Below, piece after piece: positions 1-11,876 of a stretch of DNA of 64,000 nt (its first letter is position 1; every line of letters begins with the position of its first letter). The notes under the pieces are model-generated. The model was not told the DNA's origin. It saw nothing but the letters and a program-made list of their open reading frames with translations, and made no database searches. Position numbers and translations under genes: made by a program. The stretch is from an uncultured Spirochaetota bacterium (GTDB lineage Bacteria; Spirochaetota; Spirochaetia; SZUA-6; Fen-1364), in contig CAVTHO010000008.1 in the NCBI GenBank assembly GCA_963734545.1, positions 384,001-448,000 of the forward strand, given 5' to 3'.

Positions 1-698
1 ACCGGCGTGGATGTCTTCGATCCTGGCGCGCAAGACTTTCGTCTTCACGCCCGGTCCCGTGTTCGCCAACGTGCTCCTCGCCGACGAGATCAACCGCACC
101 ACGCCGAAGGTGCAGTCGGCCCTCCTGGAAGTGATGGCAGAGGGGCAGGTCACGGTGGGCAACACGACCTACCGGATGGATCCCTTCTTCTTCGTCATCG
201 CCACGCAGAACCCGGTGGAGATGGAGGGCGTCTATCCGCTGCCGCTCGCGCAGATCGACCGTTTCCTCATGAAGCTGCGCATCGGCTACCCCGACCCGGA
301 GGTCGAGGTGGGAATCGTGCGGGACGACCCCTCGGCGACCGTGATGCCCGGGGTGCGGCCCGTGTGCGGCAAGGAGGAGATCCTCGCGGCGCGCACGCGC
401 GTGGACGGGATCTACTGCGATGAGAAGCTCATGCGGGCCGCGGTCGGCGTGTCCGCGGCCACCCGGGCGCACCGCGGGCATCGCGCTGGGCGCCTCCCCG
501 CGGGGCAGCCTCATGCTCGTGCGCGCGGCGCGCGCGTTCGCCCTGGTGCACGGCAGGGAGTACGTCATCGACCAGGACCTCATCGACCTCGCGCCCCTGG
601 TCATCGCCCATCGACTGCGGTTGAAGGACGCGCGCACGGACGCCGATGCGCTGGTGCGCGAGATCGTCATGTCCGAGCTCTCGCGCGTCTCCTACTAG
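1..698 (+). CDS. moxR: MoxR family AAA+ ATPase (5' truncated by window; frameshift near 470)
   Basis: FTPGPVFANVLLADEINRTTPKVQSALLE (Walker B), FFVIATQNPVEMEGVYPLP..QIDRF, then GASPRGSL..LVIAHR in ORF 420..698. Confidence 0.92.
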
Positions 699-710
699 CG
701 CGGGAGCGCC

Positions 711-2037
711 ATGACACCCGCGCGTTTCATCGCCGCCGCCGGCAGGCTGGCCAGGGCGGTCTTCCCCTTTACCATTCGCGGTCTGCTGATCTCGTGCTCT
801 CCGCTCGTCCTCCTCGCCGCGGGGGTGATCCGGGCAGATCTGGCGGCGCTCTTCTGGGGATCGAGCTTCCTGCTCTTCAGCGCGTATGCTCTTGCCGCCG
901 GCCACGTCTTCCGCTGTCTCTCCGCCGCCGGCAGGCCACCCGGCCCGAATTCCTGTCCCTCATCCTGCCCGCGGCCGGCGTCTTCCCGGATGAGAAGGCG
1001 GAGGCCGCTGATTTCCGCGCAGCTGCCGCGCTCGTTTCCTCCCGGAATCGGCGTCCGGATCCTCGCTTCCCCTCTCCTGGCACGAGCGGCGCATCGGATG
1101 CCATTGCGGCGCGTCTCGCGCCCGGCAGAAACGAGCGCAGCATTCCGTTCAGCGCAAGATGCCGCGGCGCCTACGCGAGCGCGGAGGCGCTCTTCGAAGT
1201 ACGGGACATCCTCGGTTTCACCGCGCACCGGCTCTCCGTCCCCCTTCGTGAGACGCTGACGGTTTTCCCCTCCCTGTCTCCTCTCCCGCGAGACCGCCAC
1301 GTTCATGGAGCAGGCCGACGAGTCGGCGGTCTATGCGCCCCGGCGCAGGCGCAGCGAGGAGCTCCTGGAGGCGCGCAAGTACTATCCCGGCGACGACGTG
1401 CGGAGACTCAACTGGAAGGTGTTCGCCCACCTCAACGAGCTCTTTCTCCGCATCGGCGAGGAGGTGCCGCCGCCGGAGTCCCGGATCCTCTTCGTCCTGG
1501 ACTGCACGGCCAATCCGCTGGTGCCGCGCGCAGCCGCTGCCGACTACCTGGACAGGCTCGTGGAGTCGTGCGCCTCCCTTCTCGTCTCGCTCCTCGGCAG
1601 GAGGATCGACGTGATGCTCTCCCTGCCCGGTGTGCGCGACGTGCCGCTCCTATACGGAGGAATCCCGGCCCGCGGTCCTGGCCGCCTTCGCGGATGCGTG
1701 GTGGACGGATGCGCCGTGGAAGCCCGAGCTGCCCGGCAGACGCAGCCTCCACGTGGCCGTGTTCTCTTCACCCGGCTCCCCCGGGCTGGAGCGCATCCTG
1801 TCGCGGGTGAAAGGCCTGGGCTGGAGCATGAGCCTGTTCATCAAGGGTCTGGAGGCGGAGGTTCCCCGCCCGATCCGACGCCTGAAGGATCTGCTGTTCC
1901 TTCCCGAGCGGGCGGCCGCGGGCGCACCGCCGGCCGCAGGCAGGCGGGAGAGAGCGGCGTTCATGGACGCGCTTGCACGGGACCTGGCCGCGTACCGGGG
2001 CCCGGCATGGAAGGTGAGGCATGCGGCAGAGATCTGA
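711..2037 (+). CDS. DUF58 domain membrane protein (several frameshifts)
   Basis: N-terminal TM segments; CRGAY..VRDILGF..LTVFP; EARKYYPGDDVRRLNWKVFAH..LFLR, the DUF58 signature; sits between moxR and a transglutaminase. Confidence 0.85.
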
Positions 2038-4158
2038 ACGGGTCAGGGAGCTCGCGCTCTTCCTCCTCCGGAACTTCATCCTCTATTTCCTCCTGGTCAA
2101 CTCCTTCCTCCAGCTCCGCGACCAGCTCGACCTCGTGTTCCAGAGCGCGTCCTTCCTTCTGGCCGTGCTCGCGGGGCTCTGGATGGAGAAGGCGCGGCTG
2201 CGCGTCCTGCCCGCCCTGGCCCTCGCGGCGGTCCTCCCCGTCGTGCTGCGGGCCGTCTTCTTCCTCGTCTTCCGGATGCAGCGCGCCATTGCCTCGGGGC
2301 CCGCCACGGATTTCCTGTTCTTCTATTTCGACAAGGATTTTTTCCCGCCCTCGTGGCGTACGCCGTCGCCTGGCTGTTCAACTTCCTTGCCCTGCGCCGC
2401 AGGTCATTCGTCTTCGTCGAGACCGGGCTGAACGCGCTGCTGCTCGTCCTGGTGTTCTGGACCCAGGCAGGATATCGGCTGACCCTCTATGCCGCACCCT
2501 TCGATCTTTGCCTGGGCACTGGCGCTCTTCATCGTCGCGGAGTTCTTCGTCCTCCTCCTTGCGGGCGAGCGCAGCCGGGGAAGGGACCGTGTCGACGCCC
2601 GGTCCGTCCTGAGCTTCTCCTGGATACTCGTGCCGCTCCTGCTGGTCTTTCTCCTCTTCCTGCTGGGCAAGTACGGCGAAGGCGCGGTGAAGGCAGGCGG
2701 CGGGCTGATGAAGCCCACGCTGTTCCGGTTCGATTTCGCCCCCTACGTGCGGCTGGAAAGCGAGATCCGCACGTCGGACGAGGCGGTGCTCCTCTTCCGG
2801 ACGGAGGGCAGGGCGGAACGGTTCCTGCTGCGGCGGTTCGTGCTTTCCGGCTACACGCCCAACCAGGGCTTCTTCATGGAACGCGGCAAAGGGATCGACG
2901 AGTATCCCGCCGTCGTGCCCGACGCGCCGGAAACATTTCCCGATCCCGGCTACCGCGATCGACAGAACGTGAGCCAGGAGTACTTCTTCCTCACGATCGA
3001 TCCCTCGTCCCTCATCGCGCTGAACTATCCGGTGCGCGTGGCGCCCCTGAAGAACTGGAAGTCTTCGTCTTTCCTGCGGGTCTACCGGGTCGACTCCCGG
3101 GCCATGCGGTCCGCGGCAGGACCGCAGAAGGTGACGGCCCCGCCGTCGATGGCTCCGGACCTGCTGTCGTTCTACACAAGCGGGGGCAGCGACGAGGAGA
3201 TCCACGCCCTCGCCCTCCAGGTGACTGCCGGGGAAGCTTCCTACTACGGGAAGGCTGCGGCGATCGAGGAGTACCTCAGGACGCACTACCTGTACTCTCT
3301 GAAGCCGGGCATCGCGGAGGACGGCAACCAGCTTCACCATTTCCTGTTCGTTTCGAAGAAGGGTTATTGCTCCTACTTCGCGTTCGCCATGGCCCTGATG
3401 TGCCGCAGCCTCGGCATCCCCGCGCGCGTGGCCGTCGGCTTCTACGTGGATCCCGCAGTCGGAGGTGCTGAACTTCTACGAGGTGCGCGCATTCCAGGCG
3501 CACGCGTGGGTGGAGGTGTACTTCGGCAATCTCGGCTGGGTGGAGTTCGATCCGACCTCCAGCACCCCGGCTCCGGGAGAAGACTTCGTCCCCGTTTCCC
3601 GCGCCGGACCGGGACAGGATGGCAAAGCTGATCGCGGAGATACTGCAGAACCAGACCGATCAGGTGGAGCAGGCGCCGCCCGCGCCGGGCTTCGTCGGGT
3701 CCGCCTCCCGATGGGGGACCCGGATCGCGCGGATCGCCCTCGTGATCGCGCGGCTCTGGTACATCACTCTGCCGGCCCTGTACGCGCTGTTCCTCTTCTC
3801 GGTGAAGCTTCTGCCCTGGCTTCCCGGCCTCCTGTCCCGCAATCCGCGGAACCGGGTGAAGGCAGGGTATCGCGTTGTGCCTGGTCATGCTGGCCGGCGT
3901 CGGGCATGATACGCCGCGCCTCCGAGTCGCCCCTCGAGCACGCTGCCCGGATCGACCGTGACCGGGGCATCACCCTTGCCCCGCTGGTCGATATGTTTCT
4001 CAAGGCGTCATTCGGCGACACATTCGACAAGGATGACCAGGCCTCCGCGCGCGCGGCGCGTGAAGGATTCGTCGCCTGCTATCGCGCGAAGATCGCCTGG
4101 CCGCGGCGGCTCCTGGGGATCGTGAACCCGCTGGGCGACGCTGGCAAGGAGACCCTGA
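2021..4158 (+). CDS. Membrane-anchored transglutaminase-like (TgpA-type) protein, frameshifted
   Basis: Multiple TM helices, then catalytic triad motifs GYCSYFAFAM, AHAWVEVYF, WVEFDPT; C-terminal ESPLEHAAR (DUF4129-like); TGA 4156-4158 abuts next ATG. Confidence 0.85.
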
Positions 4159-5973
4159 ATGCGCGCTCGCGAGCTTGCGAGATTCTTCCCCTGCCATGCG
4201 CTGTTCCTCGCGGCCTTCCTCCTCCTTCCGCTGCTGCCCCTCGCTGCCCAGGCAGCACCGGGCGAAACCCTGGACAGTCTCTCATCAAAGGCAAAGGAAG
4301 CGATCATCGCAGAACTCCTACGAGACGGCGGTGAAAATCCTTGCACGGGCCAAGCAGCTCTACCCGTCCTCGCCGCGTGCGAACCTTGCGCTGGGAGACC
4401 TCTACTATGACAAGGAGCTGTACACCCTTGCGCTGGGTGAATACCGGGAGGCCGAGACGAAGGGGGCGGATGATTTCAGCACCCTGACCCAGATCTCGCG
4501 CTGCTACGGAAAGCTCAACCAGGAAAAGAAGCTCGATCGACTACCTGACCCGGATCCTGCACGCGATACCCGGACAGCTCCGACACGGTGGACGACCTGG
4601 GCTGGATGTATTTCAAGACCCACCAGCTGGAAAAGGGAGAGCAGGTTCTCCTGAAGGGAATCGCGCGGCTGGGCATGCAGCGGGGGATGGCGATGACGCT
4701 GGGCACCGTCTATTCCGGGCATGAACCGCTACGACAGGTCCCGCGAGTACTACCTGAATTCCGTGAACGAGGCGCTGCGGGTCGGGGACCGCGAGTTCGC
4801 CGCCATCGCCTACTACAATCTTTCGCTGCTGGAGCACAACTTCTTCCATTACAACTCGGCCCTCCGGTTCACCGACGAGTCGATTGCCACGGAGGACAGG
4901 CCCTCGGGACACCTCGCGCGCGGGGAGCTTTTCCAGGCGCGGATGGAATTCGACTCCGCCGAGCAGGAGTACCAGGACGCCTACGCAAAGGACACCACGC
5001 CCCTGTCCAAGGTGAATCTCGCCATCCTCTTCCAGAAGTTCGGCCGCCTGGATCTCGCCCGGCGCTACGCGGAGGAGGTGCTGGCGTCCAGGGACCTCGC
5101 CTGGCTCGTGTACTACGGCACCGACATCACGCGGCATTTCAAGGACATGCACGAGCTGCTGGCGAGCATCTACCGAGGCCTCGCGCGACGCGAGGCTGGA
5201 CCGCCCGACAACCGGGTATCCTGGACCGCATCTGCCGCCCTCTTCTCGGCGGGCCGCAGCCAGATCCTCTCGTGGTATCACGCACAGCGGTTCCGCCTTT
5301 CCTCCCTCCAGGTGGGCAAGGAGTACCTCAACCAGGGATCGCTGGAGGATGCCTGGTGGGAGTTCTACAAGGGCAACGAATCCTACCCCGAGGTTGCATT
5401 GAAGTACCTGGCGGCATGGCCCGGGCGCTGGAAACTGCGCGCACGCCGCACGCCGAGGTCTTCTACATGCTGGAGGAAGGAAAGGTGCGCCATTCCGCCG
5501 CCCTCCTCCAGCAGGCCCTGGCGGGATTCGATCCGTTCTGGGAGAAGGAGCCTGCCGCCGATGCGCTCGCTTGCGCTGATTCCGCTGCTGAAGGGGGCGG
5601 CCGCCGCGATGCCGCGCCGCGAGGCGATTACCCGGCTCTTCGCAATCAATCCCGGCGCGCTGCCCCAGGCGGGCATCGGCCTGCCGCTGGCTGTCGATTT
5701 CCGAGGGAGCGGGTGGAGCGCGACGGGAGAAGGCCCTTGTGTTCCGATATCCTGAGAAGGGCGGGCTCCGAGTGCGCGGAAGGGCCCGGGGCAGGGTTTC
5801 GCCATACCTTGCGGCTGACCCGGGGCAGCGACGGCGCCGTCCGCTGGTCAGTGTGGGAAACCAGCTCGGGGACCGTCGTCAGGGAGGGAAATCCTCCCCT
5901 CACGGGACGTACGAAGCAGCGATGCGCGCTGCTGATACAGTCCGTCCTTGCAGAGCTGTATTCCGTTCATTAG
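4159..5973 (+). CDS. Exported tetratricopeptide-repeat protein (frameshifted)
   Basis: Signal peptide (LFLAAFLLLPLLPLAAQA) and TPR-like helices ANLALGDLYY, DDLGWMYF, AYYNLSLLE, GHLARGELF, KVNLAILFQKFG across ORFs 4159, 4175, 4588, 4721. Confidence 0.78.
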
Positions 5974-5976
5974 ACT
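5948..5976 (+). promoter_or_regulatory. Putative sigma70 promoter of HD-GYP gene
   Basis: TTGCAG (5948-5953)-17 bp-TAGACT (5971-5976); SD AAGGAG at 5991 before GTG 6002. Confidence 0.45.
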
Positions 5977-6001
5977 ATGAGACTGAGGTGAAGGAGACGC
6001 G

Positions 6002-7965
6002 GTGTCCAAGCTGGTTTTGACAGTGTCCGACGGACATCCCGGAGCTGCCCGCTGCGGTCCGCAAGGAAAAAGGGCTGTCGGTCAAGCGGATCGAAAACTT
6101 CTCCGCCTCCCCGCTCGAACGGCAGCGATCTGGTCGCCTGGTTCCTCGATTCCGATTTCATAGACACGAACAGCGAGGCGATCCGCGCGGCAGGTCTCGC
6201 CCCGGTTCGCTCCTCCTCTGGAACCCAAAGGGCGACGCGCCTCCGCTCGGACTCGCTTCCCGACGAAACTCGTTTTCGACGAGGTGTTCTCATTCAAGAG
6301 TCCCGCCTATTTCCAGCGCACGCTGCGCAACCTCTTCCGCAGGCTGCACCTGGAGCGGGAGCTCGCGCGCAAGGATGAGCTGCTGCGCGCCAAGGAGTCG
6401 GAAAACTCGGAGCTGCTCCAGGTCGGGATCGCGCTCTCCGCGGAGCGGGACAACGACAAGCTCCTCGACTACATCCTGCAGCAGGTGCGCCATATCGCGC
6501 GCGCGGACGCGGGAACGCTCTACCTGCTGGAGCGGGAGGAGGCCAACGGCGAGCAGAAGCTGCGGTTCAAGATCACGCAGAACGACTCCAACCCGAGGGA
6601 CTACTCCGAGTTCGTGATGCCCCTGTCCAAGAAGACCGTCTCCGGCTACGTGGCCATCCACGGGCACCGTGCTCAACATCGAGGACGCCTACAAGATCCC
6701 GGCCGACAGGGAGTACGGGTTCAACATCAGCTACGACAAGTCCACCGGGTACCGCTCGAAGAGCATGCTCACCGTGCCGATGCAGGACCACAAGGGTGAG
6801 ATCCTCGGCGTGATCCAGCTCATCAACCGCAAGAGCGGACATGCTCGGCGCAGATCAGAACGCCCGAGGACGCGGAGAGATTCGTCGTGCCCTTCAGCCA
6901 GGACATCGAGCCGATGGTGCTCTCCCTCGCCTCACAGGCGGCGGTGTCTCTGGAGAACAACCTGCTCTACCAGGAGATCGAGACGCTCTTCGAGGGCTTC
7001 GTGAAGGCCTCCGTGCAGGCCATCGAGTCGCGGGATCCCACCACCTCGGGTCATTCCAACAGGGTGGCGGTCTACACGGTGAGCCTCGCGAAGGCGGTGG
7101 ACAAGACGACCAGCGGGTCCTACCGCGGGGTCAGCTTCACCCCTGAGCACCTGAAGGAGATCCGCTACGCGAGCCTCCTGCACGATTTCGGCAAGGTCGG
7201 CGTGCGCGAGCACGTCCTCGTGAAGGCGAAGAAGCTCTATCCGGACCAGCTGAAGCTGGTGAAGACTGCGCTTCGACTACATGCAGAAGGCGATGCTGTA
7301 CGGCCTCATGAAGGAGCGGTTCGACTCCCTCCTCGAGCAGGGGCAGGACGGGTACCTCCGCTGAAGGAGGAGCATCGACCGAAGAGAAGCCGAGTATCTG
7401 GCCGAGATCGAACGCTACCTGCAGGACAGTCATCGACGGCGAACGAGCCCGACGGTGCTCGCCGCGGAGCCGTCACGGATCCTCGACGAGATCCACGGCA
7501 AGACCTTCGAGGAAGAAGGGAGGGATGCATCCCCTTCCTCACCGACGATGAGTACATCAAGCTGAAGCATCCCGAAGGGCAGCCTCGACGAGGAGGAGCG
7601 CAAGGAGATCGAGAGCCACGTCACGCATACCTTCCGGTTCCTGAGCACGATCCCCTGGACCAAGGAGATGCGGAACATTCCCGACATCGCCTACGGCCAC
7701 CACGAGAAGCTGAACGGCAACGGCTATCCCCGCGGAATACACGGCGACGGAGATCCCGATCCAGACGCGCATGATGACGGTGTCCGACATCTACGATGCG
7801 CTCACGGCGAGCGACCGCCCCTACAAGCCGGCGGTGTCCGCGCAGAAGGCCCTGGACATCCTCAACGACGAGGTCAAGGAAAAGAAGCTCGACCCCGACC
7901 TCGTGAAGATCTTCATCGAAGCGAAGATCTGGGAGAAAAGGGCCGAGCTGCTGGCCGCGCACTGA
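6002..7965 (+). CDS. GAF + HD-GYP cyclic di-GMP phosphodiesterase (frameshifted)
   Basis: GAF: [28 protein letters not shown]; HD-GYP: [46 protein letters not shown]. Confidence 0.9.
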
Positions 7966-7972
7966 AGAACGT

Positions 7973-8985
7973 TCAGTCCCCTGTCCGCAGCTTCACGATC
8001 TCGTCCTGCTCGGAGAAGGCAAGCGGCCGCGCGCATGCCTTCCTGCTCCAGCCACATCCCGGTCCTGGCACCAGCGATCTGTCCCGATAACGGACGCGGG
8101 GATGCCGCGGGCTCTTCGAGCACCGCGCACGCGCGCTCGGCCACCGGACGCGCCGCGGTGAACAGAAAGACGCCGGAGCTGAGCAGGCCGAGCGGGTCCA
8201 TGCCGAACAGGGCGCACAGCAGCCGTGTCTCCTCCCGGATGGGCAGCGATTCACGGGCGATGATCGCGCCCGCGCCGCTCCGGCGGCAGATCTCCTGGAT
8301 GCCCATGGCCACGCCGCCTTCGGTCGGGTCGTGACCGCTGGTGAGGGCAAGCCCCTCCAGCGCCCTGCCCTCCTCCACGATCGAGATCCCCGGGTCGTCC
8401 AGCCAGCCGAGCACCGTCGTCGAAACGCTCCGTCCCCGAGGACCTTGCGGCACTCGCCCGGCTTCTCCCGCGCGATGGTCGTCGTCCCCTCCAGCCCGAC
8501 CCACTTCGTCATGCAGAGGCAGTCCCCGGGCTTCGCGCCGCCGGTGGAAGCGGCTCGCGCGAGAGGAACCCGACCGCCTGCCCGCAGACCACGGTGCGGC
8601 TGACCACGGGGGTGACCTCCGTGTGACCGCCCACCCACAGGATGCCCGCCCTGCCGCAGGCGTCCGCGATGTCGGAGAAGATCTTCTCCAGCGTCGTCCT
8701 CGGTGGCCCCGGGCGCCAGCAGGATCGTGGTGGTGAGGTAGACGGGCTGTCCCGCCCATGGCCACGATGTCGTTGGCGTTCACGGCCACGACGTAGGCGC
8801 CGATCCTCTCCTCGGTGAACGTGATGGGATCCGCGGTGATGACGATGGTCTCGCGCGCCCGGCGCCACGGCGGCATCCTCCCCTGCCAGCGCGCCCACGG
8901 CGAGCAGCGGCGAGCGCGAGGTGTGACGCAGGAGACGCTCCAGGAGCTCCGTGGGGAGCTTGCCCTCGGCCAGAGGCGGCTTCAT
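7973..8985 (-). CDS. AIR synthase (PurM/HypE/ThiL-like) family protein (frameshifted)
   Basis: [63 protein letters not shown]. Confidence 0.85.
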
Positions 8986-9031
8986 ACTCACGGAGAATCG
9001 GGGTTTTGCCGCCGGTTCGTCAAGAACTCAC

Positions 9032-9061
9032 TTGATCAGAGGCGCGTAGTCGCCTTACAAT
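9032..9061 (+). promoter_or_regulatory. sigma70 promoter, probably leaderless
   Basis: TTGATC (9032-9037)-18 bp-TACAAT (9056-9061); ATG 7 nt downstream with no SD. Confidence 0.55.
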
Positions 9062-9068
9062 AGCGCCC

Positions 9069-9891
9069 ATGGCAAAAACGCGGGTCCAGGACTACGTGGA
9101 GAAGTATTGCCGATCAGCCGATCCGCTTCACCCCCTACGCGCTGAAGAAGACCGGGCTCGTGCAGTCCCAGGTCTTCCTCAAGATCGAGGACTATCTCCT
9201 GATCTGCGCCCCGTTCCAGCTCTCGATGCAGCGCGGGATCTTCCTCGTCGTGCTCAGCGCCCAGGAGATCACCTTCTTCCAGCAGTTCCAGAAGAAGCTC
9301 TGCTCCATCAACCTGACGTTCCAGAAGACGGGCAACAAGAAGCCGCTCATCCTTCCTCCTGCGCGGCACCCTCGAGCGGATCGGCCCGGTCAAGGGCAAG
9401 CAGAACGTCTGCATGATGGACGCCTCCATCAAGGCGTGCCCGAATGACCTGGTGGAGATCATCGGGGACTACATCACCGCCTTCGAAGGCCTGAAGAAGC
9501 CAGTACGAGAACTTCAGCGGCAAGGCCATCCCGATGGACGAGCACGTCCGCCAAGCTCATGCGGTTCAACAACTACGTGGAGCTCGTGCTCGGCACGACG
9601 CAAGGCGCGCGCCACCCTCGCGACCCTCTCGGTGAACACCCTTTCCGTCAGGCTGGCCGCCGCTCCTCCCGGCCTGGCGGAGGGCGCAGCACTGCTCGGT
9701 GCGGCTGTACTTCCAGGTCTACCAGTTCACGACAAGCGGCACGGTAGCCGCCATGGAGCGCGGCGAGGGCGACGCAGGTCATCGTCACGATCTCCATCGA
9801 GTTCACTCCGGAGCTCATTGAAATCGTGGATGATTACTTCTTCCGACAGAGCATCCAGGGAAAAGCCCGGGTCGCCCCGACGGGGACCTGA
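9069..9891 (+). CDS. PilZN3-domain (PlzA-like) protein with degenerate PilZ domain (frameshifted)
   Basis: FTPYALKKTGLVQSQVFLKIEDYLLICAPFQLSM...CPNDLVEIIGDY resembles the spirochaete PilZN3 domain; C-terminus EFTPELIEIVDDYF ends TGA 9889-9891. Confidence 0.7.
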
Positions 9892-11386
9892 GGACCCGGT
9901 CGAAGAGCTCGCTCGAAGCCGGTTCGGCGTCACGTACCTCTACCCGATCCAGCGTTTCGTCATGTCCAACGTCCTGGAGGGCAGGCCGCAGATCGTCGTC
10001 CTGCCCACCGGGGCGGGGAAGTCCCTCTGCTTCCAGCTCCCCGCGCTGCTCCTGGACGGGCCGACGCTCGTCCTGATGCCTCTCCTTTCTCTCCTCTCCG
10101 ACCAGATGCGCAGGATGCGGGAGGCGGATATCCCCGCGGGGTCGCTCCGCGGCGGACTGTCCCTGGCCGACAAGGAGCGTCTCTTCCGCGCCGTGCGCGC
10201 GGGAGAGATCCGGCTCGTCCTGGCCACACCCGAGGCCTGCCTGGCCGAGCCCAACCGTTCCGCGCTCCGCTCCTGCCGGTTCGCCCACATGGTCGTGGAC
10301 GAGGCGCACTGCGTGTCGGAGTGGGGCGAGAGCTTCCGCCCCGCGTACCGCGAGGTCGGCACCCTTGCCCGGCAGCCTCGGCGTGAAGATGGTCAGCGCG
10401 TTCACCGCCACCGCCTCACGGGCCGTGGTCGAGCGGATCAAGACCCTCCTGTTCGATGATGCCGAGGTGAGGCTCGTCGCGGGGAGCGCGGACCGGCCCG
10501 GGATCCACTACGCGGTCCAGCCGGTGCTCTCGCGCAGTCACGCCCTCGTGCAGGTGGCCCGTGAGGCGGAACGGCCCCTGCTCGTGTTCTGCCGCACCCG
10601 CAACGGCACGGAGGTGGCTGCCCGGTCCATGCGGCGCGGATCTCCCGACCTCCCGGTTGCCTTCTACCACGCGGGCTGACCCGGGAGGAGCGGACCCGGC
10701 TGGAGAAGTGGTTCCTCGATTCCCGTGACGGGGCGCTCGTTGCCACCTGCGCATATGGGCTGGGAGTGGACAAGCCGGATATCCGCACCGTCGTCCATGC
10801 CGACATACCCTCGTCCGTGGAATCCTACCTGCAGGAATCGGGGCGCGCCGGCAGGGACGGCAAGCCCTCCCGTGCGATCCTCCTTCTCTCCCACGATGAG
10901 GAATTGTTCCGCTCGCGGCTGGCGGATTCCGTTGCCCGGCAGCGGTACGAGCGCCTGCTTGCCTACGCGCGGGAGACGGGGAATTGCAGACGGAGCCACC
11001 TCCTTGCTCTCATCGGGCAGGATGCCGTTCCCTGCGCGGGCTGCGACGTCTGCGAGAGCAGGGTTGTCACGACCCCCGCCGGCGAGCCGGAGATCATGTG
11101 GTTTGCGCGCAGGCACCGGCGCCGATTCTCCGTCGGCCAGGCAGCGGAAATCCTCTGCGGCGCGCCAGGTCCCCGCGCGGCGCGCGGCTTTCACGACTGC
11201 GTGCCCGGATACGCGAGCCTGGGCTCGTGGGAAAAGGAAGAAGTGGAGGCTGCAATCCGCACCCTCGTCGAAGCAGGAAACCTCCGCCTGCCGAAACGCG
11301 GCCTGTGGAAAGGGCGGCTCACCGTGACTCGGCGGCAAGCCGCATCTCTTCCTCGAGCGCAGCAGCCAGATCAGCCCCGGTCCTGA
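9830..11386 (+). CDS. recQ: RecQ family ATP-dependent DNA helicase, short form without HRDC (frameshifted)
   Basis: LPTGAGKSLCFQLP, VVDEAHCVSEWGESFRPAY, TATA, YHAG, ATCAYGLGVDKPDIR, YLQESGRAGRDG, RQC zinc CRR..CAGCDVC. Confidence 0.92.
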
Positions 11387-11567
11387 TAGGGGGGCGCACG
11401 GGCATCTCGAGCTCCATGATACGCTGCAGCTCGTAGATCGGCACTATCGCGGCGATTTTACGCTCACGCCTGGTGATAATGATTCTCTCCCTGCCGAACG
11501 CAACTCTATTGAGCAACACGGAAAACTGGTTTCGCGCTGTTACCGACGTGACGCTTTCCACCGGCAC
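11319..11567 (-). CDS. Phd/YefM family antitoxin (no adjacent toxin)
   Basis: VTSVTARNQFSVLLNRVAFGRERIIITRRERKIAAIVP is the Phd/YefM N-terminal fold pattern; SD GGAGG before GTG 11567. Confidence 0.8.
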   Translation of the reverse strand: MPVESVTSVTARNQFSVLLNRVAFGRERIIITRRERKIAAIVPIYELQRIMELEMPVRPPIRTGADLAAALEEEMRLAAESR

Positions 11568-11606
11568 ATGAACCTCCAATCTGCACCACCTGCGAAGCAC
11601 AAACGC

Positions 11607-11680
11607 GCTCAAACGTACGCTTGAGCAACTCAGATTCGGCCATGCATAAACTACAAACATGCTCAAACGTACATTTGGGC
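11607..11680. promoter_or_regulatory. Two imperfect 20-bp palindromes, putative antitoxin operators
   Basis: GCTCAAACGTACGCTTGAGC (11607-11626) and GCTCAAACGTACATTTGGGC (11661-11680), both near GCTCAAACGTACGTTTGAGC. Confidence 0.6.
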
Positions 11681-11781
11681 GTGTTTTTCATTGCTGGCTG
11701 CCCCGGACAGATGGATGTCGGCCAATGCATAGAGCACAAGCGCATGTTCTTCATACGGCCGGATATTCGCACCGCTTGCAG

Positions 11782-11810
11782 TTGCACGTCTTGCTCATGC
11801 GTGCTACACT
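11782..11810 (+). promoter_or_regulatory. sigma70 promoter of stn-like operon
   Basis: TTGCAC-17 bp-TACACT with extended -10 TG; SD AAGGAG before ATG 11877. Confidence 0.55.
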
Positions 11811-11876
11811 GCCGGTAATTCCCGTCTGAAGAAAAATCGACCCCGATACCGCGCCACAAGTGCCGAAGGAGACCAC

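Noticed and set aside
7973-8985. hypE hydrogenase maturation gene
   Set aside because: No C-terminal PRIC motif and no hyp context
9413-10459. Apparent PilZN3-RecQ fusion
   Set aside because: Joined through frameshifts; the PilZN3 gene stops at 9891 in another frame
11506-11859. Small ORFs upstream of the antitoxin as candidate toxin
   Set aside because: No RelE, PIN or Fic motifs; they overlap palindromes and promoter elements
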